Source: Neoconidiobolus thromboides FSU 785
Taxonomy: Eukaryota; Fungi; Entomophthoromycota
Direction: 5' to 3'
Length of the DNA: 64,000 nucleotides
NCBI GenBank assembly: GCA_025603075.1
Contig: MU626280.1
Span: 106,717 to 170,716, forward strand
In this document: in pieces, positions 1 to 11,766 of the stretch
Position numbering within the stretch: position 1 is the stretch's first letter
Layout: every line of letters starts with the position of its first letter
Position numbers and translations under genes: made by a program
Notes under the pieces: model-generated
What the model was told of the DNA's origin: nothing
The model's input: only the letters and a program-made list of their open reading frames with translations
Database searches by the model: none

Positions 1-446
1 ATATGAAGTAGCAAGAGTATTAGAATATTCTAAGCTACTTAAGCGACTCCCTAATACTTCTTTTGCTAAGTTTCTTGATCCTTTAATTTGTAAATTATTA
101 TAGATTTCTTGTCCTTTTTTGAAACATTTATAAAGATACTCTCCAATATTCAATTGAGCCTTTTCCAAATAACTTATTATTGCTCGATCCAGTACTTCTC
201 TGGTTATTAATTTGGGCTGAGATACTAAATATGCTAGTTAATATAAGAACAAATTTCATGATAACTGCTCTCACCTTCTTCACTTTCCAACTCTGCTCTT
301 AACTCTGCTAAAAAATAACCAGGCTCAGTTTCCTATTTTGAACAATTAGTAAAGGGATAGAGGGGTTTATCAAAGTTTACATTTAAATTAAACTCAAAGA
401 TCTTGCTGAATGCATTGTTTTCCCATTCTTCTAAACTTTTTGCCAT
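1..446 (-). CDS. UFD2: Ubiquitin conjugation factor E4 (Ufd2-like), 5' exons; gene runs off the left edge
   Basis: ATG at 446: MAKSLEEWENNAFSKIFEFNLN / ETEPGYFLAELRAELESEE / ...LDRAIISYLEK...EYLYKCFKK...RLSSLEYSNTLATSY, split by GT-AG introns. Resembles the Ufd2 N-terminus. Confidence 0.55.
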
Positions 447-730
447 TTTCACTAAAAAATATAAAAGCTGAAGTCATCAATTTTGGCTTATATAAGATAT
501 TCCTTAAAGTAGTGATGCAAAATTTCAACTGAAAAAATGGTGTTTCTGCCGAAATAGTAATTTTAATTTGTAACTTCTAATAAGGAGCTGATTTTTTGAT
601 TGGGATTTATTTTTTTCTCAAAGCAGTAGTAACTTTGCAAAATTAACATTTACTGTTGTAATCTGTTACTTTCAGAAAAAAAGTTTTGGATTTTTTCACA
701 TTTTCCGTCATTACTTATACAATACTATAT

Positions 731-820
731 AATAATATATTTTTCTTGTTTAAGACTAATAATTTTCTACTTAAACAGCACTAAAAAATAGAAAAAGCGA
801 TGAAACCAAAAAACACTCTC
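731..820 (+). mobile_element. Highly degenerate MITE copy
   Basis: Left TIR eroded mostly by G>A (AATAATATAT vs GGGGATGTAT). Core TTTAAG..CTACTTAAACAGCAC..GAAACCAAAAAACACTCTC. Flanks ATAT/ATAC. Confidence 0.6.
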
Positions 821-1002
821 ATACAATATTTTTTGTTAACTTATAGTCACTAAAACTTGATGCTAGATGTTCCAAAGAATTCAGTAATAATGCTTTTATA
901 AATTTACTAAATGATAGTGAGAAATTAAAAAAATTGTATTATGCTTGTAACTAGATAGCATTTTTAAATTATGTAGTAAAGTCTTACTAGAATTTAGCAT
1001 TT

Positions 1003-1100
1003 GGGGATGTATTTTTGTGTCTAAGAATTTTACTAACAAATTTTCCGCTTAAATAGCGCTTAAAAAATGGAAAAAATAATGAAGTCAAAAAAACGTTCCC
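1003..1100 (+). mobile_element. ~97-bp MITE copy
   Basis: GGGGATGTATTTTTG...CAAAAAAACGTTCCC; direct flanks ATTT/ATTT. Confidence 0.9.
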
Positions 1101-1458
1101 ATTTACATAAATAGTTTCCATAAATTACAAAACTCAATGATTTATCTTACATAATTTGAAGCTGTTTGTCTTGGAATAAATATAATATTATAATTTATAA
1201 AATCATAATCATAGAGCTAAATGTAGCTTATTAAACCTTTGACTTGTACAAGAGAATCATTTTTAAATTATTTTAGTAGTATGTTTCCGTTTAAATGTGG
1301 AAGAAAATCTTAAAGGAGTTTACCAGATACTTATTTAACCAAATTTATTGATATTTTTTGCTCAAATTTTTCAGAAATGTTTAGTAGCATTGAGCTTTAA
1401 TGGCTATAAAAAGCATACCATTTCTTTAACAAAATTTTAATTATACTATTGATTCTAA

Positions 1459-3034
1459 TCAAGAAGTACCATTAGGGTTAGGTGTAGTAATAACATCTTT
1501 GAAGCACTCTTCAACCAAGTTAAAAGGCTTATTTTTAATTGACTCTGGCAAGTAGGCTTCAAACCCGCCAACTAGTTGCAAGTTGTTATCTAAATAGTTC
1601 AAAAATTCATGAATGGAGCAGCCGGACTCTGGGCACCAAGAAGTAACCAAAGATTTGCCATTATAGAACATACGAATAAAGTATTGATTTAAGATGCTGT
1701 TTTTACTCTTATACTTCTTACTATCTTTTTTCCATAATTCAACTTGAATGTTTGAAGAATAGGGTGGCCAGCGCATTTCAGTAGAATTTAAGGCACCTAA
1801 CAATGGAATAACTGAGGTATCATGACCGGAATAGTAGTAGATCTTCTTTAGTTGACCCATCATTGAGTAAGCAGGATGGTTGAAGTCGATAATTTTGTCA
1901 CTTTTTTCAAGGTTAGCAATATGAGCCAAAAACTTGCGTTTCATTTCTAATAAAAAGGGACCCATTCTTAATTTAGCTAACAATGGGAATTGAACCTCAT
2001 TATCACGATACAAGATACGATACTGACCATTGGAGGCTATCATGGTGTTATCAACCATAGCTGGAGTAACACAATTATCAGGGTCTCTCTTTGAGCAGAT
2101 GTTTTTTTTGTTATGACATTTACGAACTTGGAAAACATCAGTGAAATAGAAGAAATTAAAAGGCCTATTATACTCGAATTTTTTGGTACTGTTTGAGTCG
2201 TATACCATATCTAAGAATTGTTTACGGTCAGGCAAAGTAAAATTTATCAACTCTTTCATTGCTTTTGATTGTTTAACTTTTTTTTCCAAAATAGCAATAT
2301 TTGGACAATTCTTTGGATTTGGAACCATGTACTCAATCTCAGCTGGTAAGGTAAAGATAGGTAGTTCCAAGTTTCGGAATTGAGCTGGATCAAATTGAGT
2401 GTTATAATTGGGTGGAAACATACCGGACATTAAAGAAACAGCAGATTGATGGGTACGCCAAACGTCACTAGCGCGAACTAAGATATCTTTTTGGTTTTCT
2501 ATCCAAGTTTCTTGAATTAAACCTGTCTTTTCATGGTAGATCTTTTTCAAGCTTTGTCCTAATTTAACTTGGTAGGCCATTCCTTTTGGAGTTAATTGGC
2601 CAGTAGAACAATTTCCAGGCCAGAATAAACTGGAGTATGGGTTTAAACTACAGTAATTAAATGGTGAGACGTTAGGGTCACAGTTGTTTTGATAGTATTT
2701 GGTGCTTGGTTTGAAGGTTAAGTTATCAACATGGGACTGTTCCAAAGCACAGTTCCAAGGTTCGTCCTCGTACCCCTCTGGAAGCATATTGTAGGGCGTA
2801 CGATCACCATGACGATTCATCCATACCGATGTAAGTAATTTCCCGTTTTTGAACTAAATCAAGATTAGGTTATATAGTTTTGAATTAGTAAATAAAGCTT
2901 ACCATTGGCTGATAAGTGTCTGGGTTGGGTAGTCCAGCTTCACAATAGTCATACCCATCAAGTTTATCATTCTCGTAACCTGGATAGTTGCTAGTTACTA
3001 CACTAGCAACTAACAGTAAAAATAAATTTAACAT
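1459..3034 (-). CDS. Secreted histidine acid phosphatase (clade 2)
   Basis: Signal peptide MLNLFLLLVASVVTS; exon 1 3034-2903, intron, exon 2 2853-1459; RHGDRTP and SGHD catalytic motifs; ~508 aa. Confidence 0.9.
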
Positions 3035-3830
3035 GATGTGTTTTTTTAATTTAATAAACAAAGAATTCTTGGTATATTTTTCCACATTTATACTTTATAA
3101 TATTTAAAGTTAAGGTGATGTAAGTTTCAAAAACTTCTTGTCAGTTCATTTTTCATATTCCTTATTCTTTAATATTTGAATTATATTAGTTTCAATAAAC
3201 TTACCCCTACATTTTTTTTAAAATTTCACTTAGGAATAATTATTTTTTCTATTTTATTATCAAAAGTACAGCACCTGATTTTATATAGTGAATAATATCA
3301 GAATATTATTGAATGTTTATTCACTAGTGAGGATTATTATTTTAGTTTTAAAATAAGTGTCTCTATAGTATGAGACGAAAGTGATTCTATGGTGTACTTA
3401 CAATTTTAAATAAAGCAAAATATTACAGAAAAGTCGGAAAAAATATGATATAGTAGGGATCACGAAAAGTTTTGGAAATTTTTATAACTTTTCAAAGATG
3501 ATTGTTTTTTTTTGAAACCCAAGTATAAACTGAAGCATATAGGATACTTTGTGTGTTGAATCTTCAAATCATGATATTTCCTCTTTATTGGGATATCACT
3601 ATTTGAAATTACATTTTTTTAAAATAAATCTTATTTTGACATGAATTTTTCAAAAATAAAAATAAAACATAAAAATTAATAAAAGGGTATATAAATTATT
3701 CAAGAGGTCCTGCTCTTTTAAAAAATATTTTTTATTGATAACAATAATTAAACACGAGAAAATCGAAGCTAAAGACTAACTAGTATAAGCAATTTCAAAT
3801 TTCAATAACTTGTTAACTATTTAACAATAT

Positions 3831-3928
3831 GGGGATGTATTTTTTTGTTTAAGAATTTTACCAACGATCTTTCCACTCAAATAGTGCTTAAAAAATGGAA
3901 AAATAATGAAACTAAAAAAAACAGCCTC
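3831..3928 (+). mobile_element. MITE copy
   Basis: Matches consensus; flanks ATAT/ATAT. Confidence 0.9.
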
Positions 3929-4275
3929 ATATTATAATAAAATAACAAAATAACAAAATCATACTATGATTTATTAAATTTATGACGTTCAGTTGAAGTG
4001 TTTCACAAGACTGTTATAAAAAAAGTCAGTTAAAAAATATTGATTAAATTAAAAATAAAAATAAGCACTCTTCAAATACCTGACTTTACGTTTAGTTTTA
4101 ATTTTAATTTTAACTTAGTTTTAATTTCTTCAACCTTGACTTTTTTAATTTTAATAAATTTATTATAAAATGCCACTTTATCAGTTTTATAGTTATATTA
4201 CAATAGCTGAAGTATTTATAAAATTAAATTAATTCAATTAGCTTTAAATAATTTTGCTATCAAAATTTAATATAT

Positions 4276-4373
4276 GGGGATATTTTTTTGGGTTCATTAC
4301 TTTTTCCATTTTTTAAGCACTATTTGAGTGGAAAGATTGTTAGTAAAATTCTTAAACACAAAAAAACATCCCC
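4276..4373 (-). mobile_element. MITE copy (reverse)
   Basis: Reverse-complement match; flanks ATAT/ATTA. Confidence 0.9.
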
Positions 4374-4512
4374 ATTATTATATTTTTTAAATTTTATTAT
4401 ATTAAATATAATAAAATTATTTATATTTTTTAATCCTATTTTTGTATTAGCTTTATATAATTTATTAATAATATAAGCTATTTTTCCTTTTCTTATATAG
4501 TTTATTTAGTTA

Positions 4513-4980
4513 TGTGAAATATCGCTTTGTCAGTCCCATGGTTAATTATAGCATAACAATCGCCTAAGCTGTTGTGTTCTTGAGTTCAGAGAAAATCAAT
4601 CCCATGTTCTTAGTTTGATTTGCTATGAGAATTTCTAGCTCCATCACAAAGGATATTTATTATCTTCTCATTTTGATATTTATACTTTTCAGAGTATAAA
4701 AGAGTTTACAGAGTATAGTAGTTCGAGGCTTTTTAACTGAATTATTACCTGATATCTCAAACATTTAATAAAGCCACTAAGTTTTCTTAATAGTATTTTA
4801 CATAGGTTTTACATTAATATTGTCTATTCTATTTGTCTTATATAGCTTGTAACCTATTACGTGCTATTCCTCATAACCCAGGTCTATTTTAGTCACATAA
4901 ACTAAGACCTTTCGACTTATAGTGTAGTCAACCCAGCAATAGCTGTTCTTGACTCCAAACCCTGAGTACCAGATTTCACA
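4513..4980 (+). mobile_element. Solo LTR (468 bp)
   Basis: TGTGAAAT...ATTTCACA termini; GTTA direct repeat on both sides; TATAAA at 4695 and AATAAA at 4767; homologous copy at 44510-44973. Confidence 0.8.
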
Positions 4981-5244
4981 GTTATTAGATGTTATTTTTT
5001 TTATTTGAAAGCTTACTTTATTATTAAAACTAAAATTTTTTAGCCTATTATAAACAATTAAAATTTTTGTAATTTTTTTAACTGATGTTTAATTAATAAA
5101 GCTAAAAAGTTAATTTATATAGTTATAATAATTTTTAAATAATTGAAATAATATAAGAATGTTTTTTATTTATTTATTTATTTTAATATTTTTTCAATAT
5201 CTGAAAATTAGTCAATTAATACAATCATTTAAATTCAGATATAT

Positions 5245-5338
5245 AGGGATATACTTTTTTGTGAGAATTTTGCTAACAATCTTTCCACTCAAATAGCGCT
5301 TAAAAATGGAAAAGTAATGAAATCAAAAAAATATCCCC
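5245..5338 (+). mobile_element. MITE copy
   Basis: Matches consensus; flanks ATAT/ATAG. Confidence 0.85.
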
Positions 5339-6015
5339 ATAGAGAACTTTAAACTAGTTATATCTGAATTTAGAAATACAATAATTAAGTGACAATATTA
5401 TCTAATTAAATTTCTTATATGAATTATAAGTAAATTAATTATAAAGCTGTAATTAATTTTATAAATAACTTAAGTACTTATTATGTTATAATCAATTATA
5501 AAGCTGGTAAGGCAATGTTTTTTAAAATAAAAAAATTAACTTTTTAATGTATTATTTCTTTTATTTGAAATTTTTTTAATATGAGTTTAAAAATATGATG
5601 AAGCTGTTATCTTTATATTCATATTAAAACAGCCTAACTATAACTTAAAAACAATAAAAAACTTTTAAATGGAAGCTGCTTTATAATGTTTAGTTATGTT
5701 AATTTTAACTTGTCAATATCTGAAATAGAGAGCATAAACACAAGTATACCAATTTTACAGATTTGGTAGTATAAAAGCTAAAAATATTATCACGTCCACT
5801 TTGTGAGATATTTTTTATAAAGATGAATGTTTTGAGTGCTATTATCTGAAGAAAATTATATACATTTTTACTCACTTATTTATTAGGTTTAACTTTGTTC
5901 AAAATTTGCAATCCTTTACCTTTAACCAATCAAAATGACCCACTTCAGGGTGATAATTTACCAAAAAGCATCTAACATCAATGTGTAAAATTACAAAATC
6001 AATTTTTGATAACTA

Positions 6016-6468
6016 ATGAGTTTGGTAGTTCATATTTTTATAATTGGAACAAAAACTAAAAAAGAAGTAGGCTGAAGTAGAAAATACATTTAAAAGGATA
6101 TTGACACGTAAAGGAGTTAAAGGAGTACTTATAGTTACAAGAGAGGAAGGCCTGGTTATCAAAAGTTCTTTAGAAGAAGAGTTAGGGAAGAAATATGCTA
6201 AAGTAATCAAAAATTTGATTAAAGTGGCACAAGAATCAATTGTTGAGATTGAGGAGCAAGTGAGTCTTACATCTTTAATAAGTTTATCTTATTTATTATT
6301 TTAGGACTTTCTTAAATTCCTTAGAATTAGAACTGATAAACATGAAATAATGGTATCTCCAGGTAAGAAGTTTTTATTTAAAAAATCATTTTCGACTGAT
6401 AAATTTATTTAGCTGCTGAATATATACTTGTTGTAGTACAAGACCCAAGCGAACTCCATGGACAGTAA
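6016..6468 (+). CDS. DYNLRB: Dynein light chain roadblock/LC7
   Basis: Spliced: MSL/AEVENTFKRILTRKGVKGVLIV...EEQ/DFLKFLRIRTDKHEIMVSP/AAEYILVVVQDPSELHGQ*; the FLRIR..K.EIMV.P motif is typical of roadblock. Confidence 0.85.
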
Positions 6469-6833
6469 ATCAGCAGTAAAATAATAATTTACCAAAAGTT
6501 ATTAAGTTATTAAATCGTCTTTTTAAATTGTTTTAAATTTGATTAGCAGAATTTTAGAAGCATCAAAATAAAATACAATGGGTTCTAATTATAATACACT
6601 TATTTAATTTCAGTATATAATACTATTTATCCTATAAAACATTTGGAAATTTGAGGTGTAAGGCCTTAGAATTTACACTTTGAGGTTTGGGATAAAATAA
6701 AAGACATAACCATTCAAAGGTGTTTCTTAATATTTTGTTTATTGCAGTAATTTCAAATCTATGCTTTAGTTAAAATTAATATAATATATCATAAATAAAT
6801 ATTAAGATATTGGTTTATTTGAGTTTTTTTTGA

Positions 6834-8714
6834 TTAAAAGCTAGTAGGTAAATCTCCTTTACCACCAGCTTCTGTATAAACAAGTTTCGAAATAGCAATA
6901 GCTAAGTCATCACATTCTTGACGAGTATTTGCTTCAGCATATACTCTTACAACATCTTCAGTACCAGAAGGTCTAACAAAAGAGCGACCCTTGTTATATT
7001 TGGCAACAATTTGATCAATCTTCTCTTGAAGACCAGCTGGGTGAGTTAATTTACGTTCTGCATCAGTGGTTTGGAAAACATTACGATCTTGAACTACAAC
7101 CTTGGCCAATCTATTTGGAAGATCGGTGTAGGCAGTATCCCATTCACTTAAGCTCCAGTTACGATGTGCAAGAATAACCTCAACCAAAAGCATATCTGAA
7201 AGGGCATCACCAACAGCTTGATTGATAAGGTCTAATACAGCAGCGAGGCTAGCAAGGGCCTCTGCTTGAGCAGGAGATTGGGTTTTATGATTTTCAATGG
7301 CGCTTAAAGCAGAAGGACCGAAAAGGACTGTACCATGGCCATTGGCTTCAAAGTAAACACCAATATCAAAGCTTTCAGCTTCATGATGAAGATGTTTAAC
7401 TCCAGTTTTGGCACATGCTACAGGAACTTTTAAAGTATCTTTAAGGTAAGCAGTAGAGCTACCATTAGCATAAGCAGTTTGTACAACACCTACTTGGAGA
7501 TGACCCAATCCAGCAGCATTGACTAATTCAATTAAAAACATAGCTGCAAGGGTAGAAATTTTGTCACCATCCAATAGTTTTAATGAGTGGTTAGTTGGAT
7601 CAGTGTAAAAGTAAATAACGCGATCAGCATCGCCGTCTAAGGCACAATAACGAGCTTTAACATCTGGCTGGACTTGGTTTGGGAATTTAAAGGTGGTTTT
7701 GACGTAATCAGCACCAGACTAATTAATTTTATAAATGAAAATAATAAATAGTTCATAATCTTGCTTACTTGATAGTTAAGTTTTTCTTGTGAATCGATAT
7801 CGTCATTAGTAATATTAATTTGTAAATATTTGATACCAATTTCTTCGGCTAACTTTTTAAGTTTAGGTGCTCCAACACCATTTGCACAATCAACAGTTAA
7901 TGGTGAAGGTGGATTTCTCCCTTTCTATTTAAAAAATAAATATAGATTAAAAATATCAAAAATACTACATACGAGAAGAGTTTTGAAGGCGCCAGAAAGC
8001 TTGCTATAGTATCCAGCTTCAGTAGGTTCTCCATAAGGTTTAGGAGTATTGGCGGTATTTAAACATCTTACAATATAATGGAGCTGAGGGGTAGTAAGTA
8101 CGCCTTCATCTTTATATTCTGAGCCAACAGCTTGGAGACCGTGAACCAAAGATTCAATAAGCTTAGGTCCAGAAGGTCTTTTAAAGAGGTCAAATGTTGA
8201 GTATTTGTAATATTATAAAAATACCTTGTATCACGACCAATGATTACATGGGCTGGTGTAGAGTTATCAATTGAAAGCTCGGTAGAAAGCTCTTCAACAT
8301 ATTTTAAAAGTTCATCTGGATCTGCAATATTGGCTAATTTTGTAACATAGGCTTCCCAAGATTGTTCCAACATCTCACCTAAAGGATCAACGACTTTGAC
8401 GCCATTATCCTTAAAAATAAATAAACTTAAATATAAATGCTAAAAATTTATTACTTGTGCTGGGTTATGGGAAGCAGTTACCATAACACCTATTGTTTTT
8501 CCACCTAATTTTCTAGATCTTAATGCAGCAATCAAACCAACCCTAAAAAATACAGGATCAAGAAGTTCACTCCTTTAAAATTTATTAATACTAAAATATT
8601 AAGTTTAAAGCTTTTTTACTTCATACGAAAACCAGCGGTACCATAAGAATATTGGATATTTGACTTAGGATGGTTTTTAGCAAGAGTCACGAAATTTGTT
8701 TTATCAATGGCCAT
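6834..8714 (-). CDS. PCM1: Phosphoacetylglucosamine mutase
   Basis: YGTAGFR, VTASHNP (catalytic Ser), [29 protein letters not shown]; several short introns. Confidence 0.95.
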
Positions 8715-9397
8715 TTTTAATAATTCTATAAAAAATAAAGATGTTAGCGGTTTATATAGTTTTTAAATTCCTTTTCCACATCACCACTATTTTTATTTGC
8801 TCTATTTTTAGTTAGCATTTGTCTCCTATTGGTTAATATTCTACAACATGTCATAAACCTTATCATTCATTAGATTTATTAATAAAGTTAAATTAAATGA
8901 TGGAACTACTATATGATTATAAAGCAAATGTAATATTTCACTATACTTGAGATAAAAGTCTGATATGAAAACATTTCTTTAAAATTAATGATAAAAGGGA
9001 TCCCATTTACTCAAGATTGGTACCAAGTCAATATAGTATTAGCTAAAAAATCGGGAAATTTATTATCACAACTAAAGAATAGTATAAGAAACTGTGAAGG
9101 AATAGCCAAATGAAATAAAAATAGATTCTATGATACGAAGAATAATAAAGAATGAATAAAGAATACAAAAATAGTAAATTTTGAGAACTTTATAAACAAT
9201 TGTACATTTTAAAGTATTAAATACTAATCATAGAAGCATTTTTTATTTTCTTAATTCTAATTTTTAGCTATTTAAAATTTTGAATGCTTTAATATTTTAA
9301 AATAAAAATAGATTAATGTGAGCAAGGCAACAATTAATGCTAGTTTTATACCTTAATATGGATTGTAATATATATAATAATCACAACTCAATCATCA

Positions 9398-9452
9398 TAC
9401 TCAAATAATATTTAAAAGAAGGAAAAAATGATGAACTCAGAAAAACATCTCC
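9398..9452 (+). mobile_element. MITE right-half fragment
   Basis: ACTCAAATAATATTTAAAAGAAGGAAAAAATGATGAACTCAGAAAAACATCTCC followed by ATAT. Confidence 0.6.
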
Positions 9453-9662
9453 ATATATTTCATGGAAATTTATTTCTTTAACCCTAATAACTATTTTATG
9501 TATTGCTACATTTTATCCTTAAGGTGCTCATTATCTATTAAAATGCAGAACATATTTACGTTATGTTAGATTTATTAACAACATTTAAATAAAAATTAAT
9601 ACTTAAAGTTTACTTTTGTATCTACATATAACATTTTTTTTCAATTATATATTTTGTAAATT

Positions 9663-10336
9663 TTAAGGAATAGTAATCTGAGGCCTTTGAGCAAACCTTT
9701 CAACATGATCCCCGCCCTGGTTAAATTGGGGGAATACAACATAGCCAGGTAAATTAGCAACTAAGAGTTCTGGACCAGTTATGGTCCCACTTGGATTACC
9801 ACCAGTAATTTCAATATCAATACAATTCATGTACCACTCACGATTACCAACATTATTAATCCAATTGAAGGAAAGGGTAGCGTTTTTAGCTGGTCGAGCA
9901 CCAACTGGTATTGGAATGTCAAAATTTAATGTGTCTAACATGCAGCGAGTAAACACGTCTTTAATTACTACCCATTTTTGCTGATCATATGAGATTGCAA
10001 ATTGGCAATGGCCGCCATCATGTATAGCTCCACCGGTCATTGTGAGCTTGATGGTATCACCCGCCTTGAAGGATGCTTGTACCGGGCCTTTGGGATATCC
10101 CTTACATGGATAAGGTTTATCGAACCTATCCTGTAAAAATGTCAAATTTAAATAAAACGAAAGTGAGAACTTAAGCTTACCATGCTCCCGAGTGGCGCTA
10201 AATTACTATAATCTACCATCCCTATAGACTTATAGTATGGAGAAAATTTAGAGTATCTGGGGTAGGGATAAGATACCTCCATATGAGCAAAGGAAGTACT
10301 TAAAAATATTATTACTAACAAGGATTTAATAAACAT
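9663..10336 (-). CDS. Secreted AA11-like lytic polysaccharide monooxygenase (~207 aa)
   Basis: Signal peptide ending SFA|HM (His1); GGAIHDGGHCQFAISYD; WINNVGNREWYMNCIDI; intron 10131-10180. Confidence 0.8.
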
Positions 10337-11766
10337 TGTTTAAGGAAGTGATTTGAAATTTTATCTGGGCAATTTTGTTACTTTATATACCTTTCAAAAT
10401 TACATATTGATTCACTTATAGAGGACTAACTATGACATTAAGGTTCAGTTTAATAAGATTCCTAAATTTGTCTTAATGGTGTTCTTAAAACTATTAAAAT
10501 ATGTCAAATGATGAGGCATTTATTGATATGATAAAATATAACACAGTGTAAATGAATCATCTGTAATATCAATTGACATAGTTTAATATATTATAATTTA
10601 TTTATATAAATGTGCTATTACAACACTTATTGTTTTTTAACTGTCTTTTCCATAATTCTTCTACCACAGGTATTAAATATAAGAAATGTAAGCTTAGCTT
10701 TAGATATTACATTGCTTTCATATAGAGCTAAGTTGTATATAAATAAAGCTGTAGTTTAGAATATTGTAGGCTACTCTTAGCTATTTGTTCTAAATCATAT
10801 ATAATTAAAATAAAATGATACTTAATGTATCAGGAAATAAATCAGAAGCGAGACTTAAGTAATATCAAATAAATCATTGACATTTCTGAAATTAAACCCA
10901 ATACTTTAATATAAGGCACATATCACATTTTAAAGTAAGATTAGGAATTAAGTAAGAATCAAGGATAAATGTTAATTTAATAATGCTATTCGTTAAATTT
11001 TAAATATCTTTTATAACTATCCACTATAAAAATCAATGACAAGCAATAAGAGCTATCATTTGATTTAAAAAACTGGTTGAGTTTTATTGTTTTATTATTT
11101 TACTATTTTACTATTTTACTTCATTCATAGATAATTGATACCTATTTCCCGATTTATTTAACATTTAATAATATAGTAAATTATCTTCTGGTTGGAGATT
11201 GTATACTAATGGCGAAGTCTATTCGGAAATCAACAAAAGTCGAAAGTTAGATATTTAATATCCACTACATGATGCAAGTAGGATAGCCCATGTTAATTTA
11301 CCTATTTTTTAAACATTTTAATATTTAAGATGGACTTGTTTTGCATATTCTGTTTAAATTATTTATTTAATAATTCGACAACGTTGACCATTTGTAATGT
11401 CATTGATACTTTATGGAACCATTGTAATTATTAATAGCTAAAGGATTTATTATAAGCTTTATCAACTAAAACAAAATTTAAATTTACATCATTCTTGGTG
11501 TCCTTATAAACACAGTATTGTAGTTTAAACTAGCATTACACCTCTTTTGCAATAATTTAGTTGTCCTTTTTGTTTAGGCAAAATTTTTAATAGTGAACTT
11601 TAAGTTTTTGAAATTGCCACTAAAAATGTTCTTCGACTTTTTAGGCAATTAAGCAATTGGAAAAAAATGATTTTAAAGTTTAGTTAAGTACCGAAGCTAC
11701 TAAAGGAAAGTATTTATAGTTTATTATAAGCATATTAGCGTTATTTGAAAATAAACTTTCTAAACC

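Noticed and set aside
2183-2383. Antisense short ORFs (also 6013, 9781, 21154, 21352, 21954, 22383, 32629, 38062, 42030, 50014, 50266, 50642, 58920, 59911, 60315, 60325)
   Set aside because: They overlap well-supported genes on the opposite strand and have no motifs.
4288-4476. Short ORFs sharing FPFFKHYLSGKIVSKILKHK-like peptides (also 46036, 55403, 56060, 60973)
   Set aside because: They are read-through translations of the MITE, not a protein family.
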